Shown piece after piece: positions 11,099 through 21,065 of a DNA stretch of 64,000 nucleotides; position 1 is the stretch's first letter, and each line of letters begins with the position of its first letter. Origin of the DNA: Fimicolochytrium jonesii (taxonomy: Eukaryota); contig NW_026515672.1 in the NCBI RefSeq assembly GCF_025526975.1, positions 434,001 to 498,000 of the forward strand, read 5' to 3'. Position numbers and translations under genes: made by a program. Below the pieces are notes generated by a model. That model ran no database searches. It saw only the letters and a list, made by a program, of their open reading frames with translations, and was not told where the DNA came from.

Positions 11099-11635
11099 CC
11101 TCAAGAAACCCCTCGTACGCGAAAGACGTCCGCGCGTACGAGCGCCTCGCCCGGGCCCACAATTGGGTAAATTTGGACGGCACCGTGTTCCCGATCTCCG
11201 CAGAGAATTTCGAACGCTACATTCTCTGGCAAATCGATCGCATCTTGGGAACCGGTGGGCAGCGGCCGATCCTTGCGTCCTCTGTCAATAAGGTTCTCTG
11301 CGCCTTGAAAGACTATCATAACTCTCTAGGTTTTCCTTTTCAGCACTTATACAAAAACGAGCTCATTCGTCATCGCCTCTCCATCGCCGCTGCTCAGGCG
11401 CCTATTCCTGCACCGGTTCAACAATCTACACCCGTTACATTGCAACATCTCGCACGGCTCAAGCTTCGGTTGAATATGGATAAACATAACCACCGCCTCC
11501 ACTGGACCATGTTGCTGGTTGGTTTTTGGGGCTTGGCTCGTCGACACGAACTTGTAACGGATGGAACGGCACAAACACATGGGGACATCATACTACTTTC
11601 GGACGTTACCCATATTGCCACCAGGAAAGGAGCGG
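11095..11635 (+). CDS. Ngaro tyrosine recombinase, 5' part, interrupted by the viral element
   Basis: GFWGLARRHEL catalytic-Arg box; rejoins 35851-36251 in frame. Confidence 0.88.
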
Positions 11636-11684
11636 TGGATCAGTGCATAGCATAAACCATTGGTTTATGCTATGCACTGATCCA
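11636..11684. repeat. Terminal perfect palindrome (24-bp arms, 1-nt centre)
   Basis: TGGATCAGTGCATAGCATAAACCA-T-TGGTTTATGCTATGCACTGATCCA. Confidence 0.97.
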
Positions 11685-12454
11685 CTATACAATTGCACTG
11701 TGCATTAACCGTACTGACTCCACTCAACACTGTGCATTAACCGTAACGGCTGCTGAAAGTGTAATGCATTAACCGTACTGGCGGGTGTATGGTGTAATGT
11801 ATTAACAATGTACCCTACACCTTCGGTGTTATGCATTAACCGCACAAGCCTTTCAGCCATTAACCACCCTTGCGCACTTTGGGAAAGGGGGCAAAGTCAA
11901 ATTTCCCCCCTACATGCGTCGAGTCCAACCAACCTTTCTACTACTTCCCCATTCCCTGTTCTATGTAGGGGGGCAAAAAGGCATTTTTCGAACCAACTCT
12001 CACCACCAAAAAGAGACATCCTTTTCTCATTCTTCTTTTCAAAACTCTTGGTACAGATGGTACATATGATACAGGTGTCACTTACACCTGTACCACCCGC
12101 TTCGCACACTCGACATATCTAGTAGAATACTCTTCTTCCATTACTACATATGGAGACCTTTTCACCGAGTCATTACACTTGGTACAGATGGTACAGATGA
12201 TACAGGTACTTTTCATTTCTTTTCTCCCCTTTTCCTTTTCCATTCCATTTTTCTAAAGAAGTTAAAAACTACTGTACCATCTGTACCATCTGTACCAACT
12301 CCATCAAACTCTCTCCTTCTCTAAAAAACAAAAAAAATATCTTACTACATTTGTCGAGACCGTCACAGTAAATGTCACAGTACACAAACTCATACTTCTA
12401 CTGTGACATCCACCTATACGAACATTCTTTCATTTTTCAAAATTACATTACATT
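11636..12454 (+). repeat. Left terminal inverted repeat (819 bp)
   Basis: Reverse complement of 35027-35845; the ORF-track translations inside both copies are identical. Confidence 0.96.
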
Positions 12455-12483
12455 GAAACCTATCATTACTTTCCCTCAGAACT

Positions 12484-12870
12484 CTAGTCTGCTTTATCAC
12501 GCACGGCAGCGGTAGTGGTTTCTGAACTATTTTCTTCAACTTTGCCAGTGCCAAAGGCCCACTCGTTGGGCATGGAGATACTCTCTGTGACAGCGTTATT
12601 CTTGACAAACTCTAATTTTCCCGGCTTGTCAAAGCAAGCCCATTCCTTTTTCTCGTTTTCAATCCAACGGTCGTATAGTTTTCGCCAGACAGGTTTCATG
12701 ATGGAATTGAATCTGCAAAAGTCCCGTTCGTATTCTTTGCATTCCCAACCTGAACCCATTATCGTACCAGTGATGAATCGGCAGCGAGTTATGAAGTCCT
12801 CGTCGGACATCTTTTCGCGGTGCGAAACTCCCGTTAACCTTTTGACAAGCGATTTATTGAAGAAAGACAT
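12484..12870 (-). CDS. Viral hypothetical protein (128 aa)
   Basis: ATG-initiated ORF ending just inside of the TIR; no family recognised. Confidence 0.6.
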   Translation of the reverse strand: MSFFNKSLVKRLTGVSHREKMSDEDFITRCRFITGTIMGSGWECKEYERDFCRFNSIMKPVWRKLYDRWIENEKKEWACFDKPGKLEFVKNNAVTESISMPNEWAFGTGKVEENSSETTTAAVRDKAD

Positions 12871-13393
12871 GTTTAATGCTCACGTCTCCAATCTGCACCT
12901 TGTCGCTTCTATATAAATCTTGGTGTGGGACCGAAACCAAATCCGATAACAACTTACATTCGATATCAACTGTCAAGAAATGAGGTTATATGACATGATC
13001 AGCGGTCATTGAACTCGAAACAAATCTATAAACGGTCAAGTAGGTATCTGAATACTATTCATCCTCCTAATTCTCTACGTTCCTCTAAGGGGCATTTTCA
13101 CTTTGCCCCACTTCTCAAAATGCCCCCGCCGTTCGTGTGATGGGCTTTGTAAAATCGCCCACCCCCAACGTAAAGAGGTTCGTAAAAATCGCCCCCAATG
13201 GGGGTGTTTTGTTCCGGACGCCTTGCATAATTTTGGAGTGGGCGATTTCGAGACGTAGTTCAAATTTGTGGGGGTGATTTTGTTGAGACCGGTTCCGCAG
13301 TGGTGGGGGCGATTTTGTTGCCATTCATCCCAAAATACCGTGGACGCATTTTCTTGAACAGCCAAAGTCAATTTCTTGAGCGAAGTCAAAACA

Positions 13394-13726
13394 ATGCCAA
13401 ACGTTTTTGAAATCAATTCACATATCAAGTGTATAGAGGGAGTTGTTGTTATTCGTTTTGTCGTAGCAGACCTCGATAGTCTGGAACGAATATGTCGGTC
13501 TATGTTAAACAAACCCGGTTATATGGCATATATCAAAGTAAATGACGAAAATCGGGAGATTTTTAAGCAGATCTATACCATTTTTAATAAGAAAAATAAT
13601 CGTCTCCGTAAAGATTTCATTTTCAAGAGCGGGTATCTAGGGATCACAGACGATAAGGGACAACTGAGAATGCTATGTGGAACAGACAAAGACCATCGAG
13701 CCTGTGTACTTGATGTCGAGATTTAG
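13394..13726 (+). CDS. Viral hypothetical protein (110 aa)
   Basis: ATG-initiated ORF convergent with the fibre gene, stops overlapping. Confidence 0.6.
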   Translation: MPNVFEINSHIKCIEGVVVIRFVVADLDSLERICRSMLNKPGYMAYIKVNDENREIFKQIYTIFNKKNNRLRKDFIFKSGYLGITDDKGQLRMLCGTDKDHRACVLDVEI

Positions 13727-16700
13727 TAGCACTGGGTCCAAAAGTTGAGATATGAATTTGATAATGTTATAGAAGTTGGTATGACAATTCGTGCGGAAAG
13801 TTGCGTATTCGTCGAAGAAAACAGCAACGGCACTTGAAAACTGAATGGGTAGCGAGTCTGATAATTGTTTATATCACAGTAGTACGAGACTGCTCTAGAG
13901 GCGACTACGGTAGAAGATTGGTCTAATATTTGAACAGTTATTGTTACCCGAGTGTTATTCGAATTCATATACCCCATAAAGGAAACATGCGCGACCACTC
14001 CCGACATACCTGCTTTCCAATTTATGGGACCGAAGCCCCCCGTGTAGCCATTTGCGTTTGTCAACAACGCATCAACAACACCGTCTTTTATGCAAACTGC
14101 AGATTGAATGATTTGTGAAGCATAGATGTTCGTACTACAAGTCAAATCATTCTTTACCAAGGCTGTTGTATTGCATGTCAAGGAATTCACAGTTGCTGAA
14201 CCACTTGATGAAACGGTTCCCGTAGTTATCGCACCCGAAACATCTATATTGTTTGCAGAAGCACTGACAAGGGTCGCTTTCGGAACAGCCTGATTGAACT
14301 GAATCTGGCGGATAGCGACCCCTCCTGTTGTTGTCTGATTCGCGTACTGCCATGCGATACCCCATACTACATAAGGCGTGGTGTTTGCAAAACTAAACGT
14401 ATTCCCATCAGTGGTCCAAGTAGAACCAGGTATATTCGAAAACGTTGCGATTGTTACCATAGCCGACTCGGTTGTTCCGGCAATCACGGAGAACGTAGTA
14501 GGCATCGCCACGGCGTCCATCAGGTAGGCGGTGAGTTTAAGAGAAGCCATAGCAATGGCCGACGGGAGTCTCAATAACGACCAATGCAAACTCTGTGTTG
14601 TTGAATCGAGTCCTAGGTTTGCTGTCGAAGTGCTCGCGGTTGCCCACCGCAGTCTGGAAGCAATACTTGCATTACTATAACAATCGAAAACATGTCCCGT
14701 ATATCCATCTACACCGTTTCCGTTTGCATACGTGTATTCGGAAGAACCAATAACTGAATACCCGGACCATGATTGACCTGTTGCTGGCGTCTGTGGATAT
14801 GGAACGAGAGTTGTGACAGAATTTAAGGCAGGAGTTTTCAAGTCCCCGGTCACATTAAGATTCGACCCCACATATAGAGATTTCGCTACAGATGCGCCTC
14901 CATTCACTTGAAGAGCGCCCGATGTGTTAGAAGTTGCATCAGAAGTGTTCAAGACCGATACAGTACCACTGTTGTTCAGATTTCCCCCAACATATACGTT
15001 TTTCGCCACAGAGGCGCCTCCAGACACTTGAAGAGCGCCTGATCCAACTCCTGTGCAATCGGTTGTGGTAAAGACCGCGACGTTACCACTGCTGGTGGAG
15101 ACTTTAAACCAAGTAGTGGTCTCGGCTGAATTCCATACGGAAAAATCTCCTACAGTTCTCAAGTCGTCCCATACCCGTACATAAGGGTTGGAACTTTGGT
15201 TCGGATCTATGGAGAGAGGACCTGCTGAACCAGATGCAGAAATTATTGCTTGATTTCCGGTGAAATTCATGTTTCCTGAAACTGTCAAATTGCCGATAGA
15301 ACCGGTAGGAATAGAAACTTTACCTGTTCCGTCCACTGTAAGACCTTGTGGTGCATTCCATAATCCCAAACCCAACGTATTGGTTGCAAGACCCGCTCCA
15401 ACATAGTTGAAATATACCCTGGCCATGTTATTTGTAGCCGCTCCTACTCCAATCTGTAAAGTCGTGAAACTCCCCGCTGCCAAATTAGGTGTTCCGAGAT
15501 GCGAAGATACAACAGGCCCGGTGGAGACGATATTGGAGTATATTGTCCCATTAACAGTCAAGTCTTTACCAAGATTGACATTCCCTGCGATACCCGCTCC
15601 ACCTCTCACCTGAAATGCACCTGATGTTGTCGAAGTAGAATCTATAGTGGAGAGAATCTGTACACTGGGGAGATTACTGTTTATCACAAAGTTAGCGCCA
15701 GACCCCGAATAAAGGAAAAAGTTCCCAGCGTTTGGAGCGTTCGTACCAGTTCCAGCATACCCGAAAGCCCCAACTATCGTTCCTGTGTTGTTAAGGAAAC
15801 CGATAGTAGAAAACCCCGATGCCGAAAGACTCTGGATCTTGAGAACATCAGTTGTAGTGGAGTTTAGTTGCAAAGTATGACTGGAAGTGGCAGAAGACCC
15901 AGCAAATAGAGATTTTGCAATTCCAACGCCACCAGACACTTGCAAAGCACCTGTTGTTGTAGAAGATGAATCAGTTGTCGTATTGATTAGAACATTTCCA
16001 TTTGTCAAGATATCAAGATTTGATACGCCGGGTGAGTTAGCGAATCGTAAGTTCGTCGGTGCATTATTGTACTGTGCCCTAATCACCATATCGCCAAGAG
16101 CCGAGTTTGAGGAAAAATACCCTGCTGCTGAAACGTTGCCCGTTATGCTGCTTCCGAATGTGGGGGATGATACTGAACCGTTGTACCAAAAGATACTTTG
16201 ATTTGACCCGACAAAACTCGCATCACTTCCTACCGTCAATTTCTTGGCGATACCAACACCTCCGGCGACCTGTATAGCGCCAGCATTTGTAGCGTTGGAG
16301 TCGGATACCGAATTGATAGTTAGTGCATTCGTTGTCACATTCACCGATAACGCAAGATTTGCGGCAGTATTGTTGTATAAGCCGAAATTATTAGTTCCAA
16401 GGCCACTAGTTTGACCTATATGCCACAAGGTCCAACCTCCACCGTTTGAGTTTATCAGACCTATAGTAGGGCCGTTTCCGGCGGTAGATTCCTTTATGAT
16501 TCCAAATCCACCGACGTATAATGATTTAGCAATTCCAACGCCGCCGGCAACTTGGAGAGAACCAGCATTTATAGCGTTGGAGTCAAGAGTAGAAGTAACT
16601 ACAGTCGATGCAGCGTTATTTATGTTCAGATTCTGTCCGGTTGTGGTATTGAGGTTCGCCGTTGTTCCGCCCAGGAATACGGTGCCGCCAACCACCACAC

Positions 16701-19700
16701 TTTTCCCTATACCAACTCCGCCAACAACTTGGAGCGAACCTGAATTTGTCGACGTAGAATCAGTCGTTCCGGCAATTTGAACATTGGATAAGTTCGCATT
16801 TCCACCAACATTCAGAGATGATAGAGTTCCAACGCTTGTAATTTGAGGCTGAGCAGGATTTACGCTGAACGAATTTCCACTACGTGTCAATCCTGTTCCA
16901 GCACTAAGAAGCGTATCAACATATGTCTTGTTCGCGAGATGTGTCCCCAATGTCGGTGCTGTTGAGACGACAGCGTTTCCTGACAACGTTAAGTCTCCAG
17001 CAAAGTTCGCATTTCCATTAACGTTCAATGATGATAAAGTTCCAACCGATGTTATCTGAGGTTGAGCCACATTGACAGAGAAATTGTTTCCTGTTCGTGT
17101 TAAGCCGGTTCCTGCACTTAGAAGCGTATCAACATAAGTCTTATTTGTGAGATGTGTATCTGCTGTTGGGGCTGTCGAGATGATGGCGTTCCCTGATATG
17201 GTCACGTCGCCTGTAACACTCAACCCCTGCAGAGTTCCAACTTTGGTGATAACAGCCGACTGGTCCGTGTTGACTGAAATGGCCGTGCCTGACTTTGACA
17301 ATCCTGCGCCAACTGTTGATGTCTGAGCATCGACGTAGGCTTTCGTGCTTACTTGGGCGTCTATATTGGCGAGAGGCAAGATACCTGTCACATCTGTTGT
17401 GAGCGTGATGGTGTTCTTTAACGCCACGGAACCGAGCCCAAGTGCTGTTCTAGATGCTGATGGAGTCGTTGAGGCAAAATTACTTCCATCTCCTACGAGA
17501 AAATTATTAACAGTTGGGGTAGATGAGGAAATAACAGTTAATTTAGGATTAAGAGGTTGAGCATTTCCGGATGTTGTAGAAATCAATCCATCCACATATG
17601 ATTTTGTTGCTGGGTTTGATGCGACGGTGGGAGCAGGAATCGTTACCGCTCCAGAAAATGTAGATGCACCACTAACTGAGAGGGAAGTAAGGGTTCCGAC
17701 CGTTGTGATTTGACTTTGTGAAGGAAGAACTGCCAATGTGACCCCTGTTTTCGAAAGTCCTGTACCGGCGAGAACAGTTTGTGCATCAACATAACTTTTC
17801 AAAGCCACGCTCTGATCAATATTTGCATATGGAAGAATCCCCGTAACGTCAGTCGTTAGCGTAACTGCGTTTTTGCTCGATAATGACCCCAATGTGGGCA
17901 GTCCACTCAAATTCGAGTAAGCAACTGCATTCAAGAGGGCGACTGAGCCTAGTCCTAAAGCCACTCTAGCATTGGCTGGAGTGGTGCTGATAAAATTTGA
18001 ATTATCGCCTACAAGGAAATTGTTGAGCGTGGGAGTAGATGCGGCAAGCGAACTTAATTTGGTGTTTAAAGGCTGATACGTTGTTGCAGCAGCACTCGAT
18101 AAGAGGTAGTTATTCAGAGTGGGACTGCTAATACTTCCTGATGTCAAAGCGCCTGTTACGTTAAGAGATGTGAGTGTCCCAAGAGTAGTGATATTTCCGG
18201 TATTGACCGAAACGGTATTAGATGTATCTCTGGAGAGGATAGGTCCAGCAAATGTTAATTTCTTCTCGTAGATGGTGAGATCTGGAGCACCCGTTATTCT
18301 CGCATATGGAATGGTATCCGTTTTTGCGACTTTACTATCGATAGCAGTTTGAAGAAGACTTGTATTCTGACTTATCAAATTTGAATACGTGGGCTGTATG
18401 ATTGTAGAATCGTATTCACGTAACATGCCCAAGTTGATTGCCTGCTGTGGGACCTCTCCTGCAATACCCAGATATGAACATGTAGGTGGAGTGTCAAAAA
18501 GTAATCTCGTAACATCACAGGATGTATCATCCGTTTTAGGGAAAGTTGCAATGATAACTTGACTTCCGTTCGGATCTGGAACGGGATTATTATGTGAATC
18601 AACCACATTGTTACCATTTGCATCTTTCTGGTTTTTCCTTTCTCGACCACTCGCAGCGATGAAACCACCAAGGATTCCGGCTGCTGCAGCAGGTCCTCCA
18701 AGAAGTCCCCCGACGGCTCCAATGGCGCTAGTGGCAAATGGAGCGGCAGCCGCGGATCCAATGAGGCCAATTGCGCCTCCAACAATTGTAGACAGCGGAC
18801 CAGTAACTGAAACCACTGGATTAGATCCAGATGCTGTTAAAGGATCAGATTCGCCAGATGGTTCCGAATCCTCATTCTTCTCTTCTGGATCATCGTCTTC
18901 CTTCCGGTTCTTGTAGGGCTGGATCGATGAGATATTGAAGCCGGTCTCCTCCGAGCCCACTACTAAAATCCCACTTCCGCCCGTTATGACTAAAGGTTGT
19001 TTTGCGATGTTATACTCCTTATCCGCTCCAGTAACAATGATAGGTAAAGCGCCGGTAATTACCGTGGGTGTTTCCGGTTCTGGTTGATATGTGCAACTGA
19101 TGCTTGACCCCGAAATGGATATGTTGTTTCCAGCCGTGTAGGCGCCGGAAATAGTGTTTCCCGTAACTGACACTCCATTAGATCCAGTATAGGCACCTTT
19201 TATTGAATTGCCTGTTACCGTAACAGTCGAATCACCAGCCTGTAAATCCAACTGCAAATCATTTTCTATGCGTTTAACTCCGTTACTTGCTGTGAGTTTC
19301 TCACCGAACGTGTTGTTACCATCGAATGTGATTGAACCTGAGACAGATGGAGCGAGTTTCACTTGATTCGAATTCTCTAATTTCAATCCGCCATTTCCTG
19401 GTTGGAAAGTTAGTCCTATCGCAATTTTATCATTTACGATGCGAACACCTTTATTGTCAACGATAGCCGACGGATTTACTGAAAGATTTTGTGAAGAGTC
19501 AATTGCTAAACTTGCATCTGTTCTAACATCGATAGTACGCCGACCATTGGACACTCCGGATATGTCTATACCTGACCCTGCTTGGTACAATTGCTCTATG
19601 TACCCGGATGTCACCACTTCATTATTAGCAGGGTTGAAGTTGCTTGTAACGTATACATGCGGAACACGTAATTCATTGAGTGTTTCATTATACGTAAAAC

Positions 19701-20700
19701 TACTGTCTCCATTCAACCCCGATAATGCAGAGTAGAATGGTACTTGCCCCATACCCTTCGAACGGATCGCTAGTTTTCCTCCTGTTTGTCGGAAATCATC
19801 AGATGTCTTCAAACGCACAACGGTTGTATCAACATCCGTTTCTGATCCCAGAAAGTCCGCTAGAGAATCGAAACCGGTCTCTAGAAGGTCATCGAGTGCA
19901 AGACTTCCTGCTTTATCATTGCTTATCGCCCCTCGTCCAACAATAACGGTATCGATGTCCGTCTCCAGTTTCCCTTCATCGCTGAGTTTCAAACCTTTCC
20001 CATAATTTAGGCAGATAGCCTTATCTGCATCTTTCGAAAGCGGAACTTCTACTCGAACAGCCTCGTCAACAATCGCTTCAATGTTCTCTTGAACAACTGA
20101 CAACTGACCGTTTTCAACTGTCAATGTCGAATCAAAGTCCAAGGAGATTCCGCTGATGCCCCGCGTCAACGGGGCTGTCAAAGGCTCTTTGACAACTTCC
20201 AATTTGCCATTATTCACCTCCAATGAATCCTCATCAAAATTCAATTTAAGTCCTTCATCGTCTCTTGACAAAGGTTCTTGCAGATTTTCCAGATCCGTTG
20301 GGGGAAAATTTACAGTCAAACCTTCATCGCCTACTGAAAGGGTCTGATTATGAAACAAAGTCAATCCGTCCTGACTTACTCCAAGAGGCAGGTTTGTTAC
20401 AAGGGAAACAGTTCGGCTTCCATCATCCCTTTGGAGGGGAAATTCCATATTGTCATGGACTACTTCAATTGAAGCCACTCCTTCGGTTTTGTGAATAATC
20501 GCGTCTTCGCTATCGACAAGGTCGTTGATTTTTAATTCGCCGTTTTCATTAGATATCTTTTGAAAGCCTGCTGAATGAAAATTATCAATTGATACGTTCT
20601 CTCCATTAGCACGAAGACTATTGGTCACTAAAGGAGAAACGAGATTTGTTCGTTCAAGCACTCTGATTCCGCTTGAGGTTCGGGAATTTAGACCGCTCAT
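13723..20700 (-). CDS. Giant fibre/spike-like protein (2325 aa)
   Basis: Gly/Ser/Thr/Asn-rich beta-repeat arrays: shaft-like PL...L.L.F repeats, K(S/T/A)YVD...AGTGL repeats and DS.S...GALQV.GG.GIAK repeats. Confidence 0.8.
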   Translation of the reverse strand: MSGLNSRTSSGIRVLERTNLVSPLVTNSLRANGENVSIDNFHSAGFQKISNENGELKINDLVDSEDAIIHKTEGVASIEVVHDNMEFPLQRDDGSRTVSLVTNLPLGVSQDGLTLFHNQTLSVGDEGLTVNFPPTDLENLQEPLSRDDEGLKLNFDEDSLEVNNGKLEVVKEPLTAPLTRGISGISLDFDSTLTVENGQLSVVQENIEAIVDEAVRVEVPLSKDADKAICLNYGKGLKLSDEGKLETDIDTVIVGRGAISNDKAGSLALDDLLETGFDSLADFLGSETDVDTTVVRLKTSDDFRQTGGKLAIRSKGMGQVPFYSALSGLNGDSSFTYNETLNELRVPHVYVTSNFNPANNEVVTSGYIEQLYQAGSGIDISGVSNGRRTIDVRTDASLAIDSSQNLSVNPSAIVDNKGVRIVNDKIAIGLTFQPGNGGLKLENSNQVKLAPSVSGSITFDGNNTFGEKLTASNGVKRIENDLQLDLQAGDSTVTVTGNSIKGAYTGSNGVSVTGNTISGAYTAGNNISISGSSISCTYQPEPETPTVITGALPIIVTGADKEYNIAKQPLVITGGSGILVVGSEETGFNISSIQPYKNRKEDDDPEEKNEDSEPSGESDPLTASGSNPVVSVTGPLSTIVGGAIGLIGSAAAAPFATSAIGAVGGLLGGPAAAAGILGGFIAASGRERKNQKDANGNNVVDSHNNPVPDPNGSQVIIATFPKTDDTSCDVTRLLFDTPPTCSYLGIAGEVPQQAINLGMLREYDSTIIQPTYSNLISQNTSLLQTAIDSKVAKTDTIPYARITGAPDLTIYEKKLTFAGPILSRDTSNTVSVNTGNITTLGTLTSLNVTGALTSGSISSPTLNNYLLSSAAATTYQPLNTKLSSLAASTPTLNNFLVGDNSNFISTTPANARVALGLGSVALLNAVAYSNLSGLPTLGSLSSKNAVTLTTDVTGILPYANIDQSVALKSYVDAQTVLAGTGLSKTGVTLAVLPSQSQITTVGTLTSLSVSGASTFSGAVTIPAPTVASNPATKSYVDGLISTTSGNAQPLNPKLTVISSSTPTVNNFLVGDGSNFASTTPSASRTALGLGSVALKNTITLTTDVTGILPLANIDAQVSTKAYVDAQTSTVGAGLSKSGTAISVNTDQSAVITKVGTLQGLSVTGDVTISGNAIISTAPTADTHLTNKTYVDTLLSAGTGLTRTGNNFSVNVAQPQITSVGTLSSLNVNGNANFAGDLTLSGNAVVSTAPTLGTHLANKTYVDTLLSAGTGLTRSGNSFSVNPAQPQITSVGTLSSLNVGGNANLSNVQIAGTTDSTSTNSGSLQVVGGVGIGKSVVVGGTVFLGGTTANLNTTTGQNLNINNAASTVVTSTLDSNAINAGSLQVAGGVGIAKSLYVGGFGIIKESTAGNGPTIGLINSNGGGWTLWHIGQTSGLGTNNFGLYNNTAANLALSVNVTTNALTINSVSDSNATNAGAIQVAGGVGIAKKLTVGSDASFVGSNQSIFWYNGSVSSPTFGSSITGNVSAAGYFSSNSALGDMVIRAQYNNAPTNLRFANSPGVSNLDILTNGNVLINTTTDSSSTTTGALQVSGGVGIAKSLFAGSSATSSHTLQLNSTTTDVLKIQSLSASGFSTIGFLNNTGTIVGAFGYAGTGTNAPNAGNFFLYSGSGANFVINSNLPSVQILSTIDSTSTTSGAFQVRGGAGIAGNVNLGKDLTVNGTIYSNIVSTGPVVSSHLGTPNLAAGSFTTLQIGVGAATNNMARVYFNYVGAGLATNTLGLGLWNAPQGLTVDGTGKVSIPTGSIGNLTVSGNMNFTGNQAIISASGSAGPLSIDPNQSSNPYVRVWDDLRTVGDFSVWNSAETTTWFKVSTSSGNVAVFTTTDCTGVGSGALQVSGGASVAKNVYVGGNLNNSGTVSVLNTSDATSNTSGALQVNGGASVAKSLYVGSNLNVTGDLKTPALNSVTTLVPYPQTPATGQSWSGYSVIGSSEYTYANGNGVDGYTGHVFDCYSNASIASRLRWATASTSTANLGLDSTTQSLHWSLLRLPSAIAMASLKLTAYLMDAVAMPTTFSVIAGTTESAMVTIATFSNIPGSTWTTDGNTFSFANTTPYVVWGIAWQYANQTTTGGVAIRQIQFNQAVPKATLVSASANNIDVSGAITTGTVSSSGSATVNSLTCNTTALVKNDLTCSTNIYASQIIQSAVCIKDGVVDALLTNANGYTGGFGPINWKAGMSGVVAHVSFMGYMNSNNTRVTITVQILDQSSTVVASRAVSYYCDINNYQTRYPFSFQVPLLFSSTNTQLSARIVIPTSITLSNSYLNFWTQCY

Positions 20701-20720
20701 TTACTAATTGCTAAAGAAAA

Positions 20721-21017
20721 TTATCCGATTGGAGTTTGCTGTAAATGTTCTAAGAATTGATCACCGCCTTTATGGAAATCTTCAACCCTCTTTATTCCTA
20801 AATCTGCAAACTGTTGCCCTTTTCGCGCAGTTTCTTTGATTTTATCGTGGAAGACGTCGTTCTGTTGAATCCCTTTGTTTACATGGCTTGCTATCGCATA
20901 TCCCTTTCGAGTAACGGAAACCGCTTTGTCTAGAAAATTCCTCGCCTTTCCGATATTTTGTGGCAGTTCGTTAAAAAATGTGCGCGCTTTTCCTCTCGCT
21001 TTTTGAAAGAATCCCAT
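20721..21017 (-). CDS. Small amphipathic-helical virion protein candidate (98 aa)
   Basis: MGFFQKARGKARTFF N-terminus; located in the structural gene block. Confidence 0.65.
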   Translation of the reverse strand: MGFFQKARGKARTFFNELPQNIGKARNFLDKAVSVTRKGYAIASHVNKGIQQNDVFHDKIKETARKGQQFADLGIKRVEDFHKGGDQFLEHLQQTPIG

Positions 21018-21065
21018 TGAATATTCTTTTTCTTAACATGTACTAAAGAATATATATTCCATTCT

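Noticed and set aside
11701..11866. CRISPR-like repeat-spacer appearance
   Set aside because: The repeats are only about 11-13 bp and degenerate, lie inside a viral TIR in a eukaryote, and have no cas-like genes nearby. Binding-site iterons explain them better.
11808..12122. 104-aa and 70-aa ORFs duplicated in both TIRs
   Set aside because: They overlap repeat motifs and lack protein-like features; their identity simply reflects the TIR duplication.
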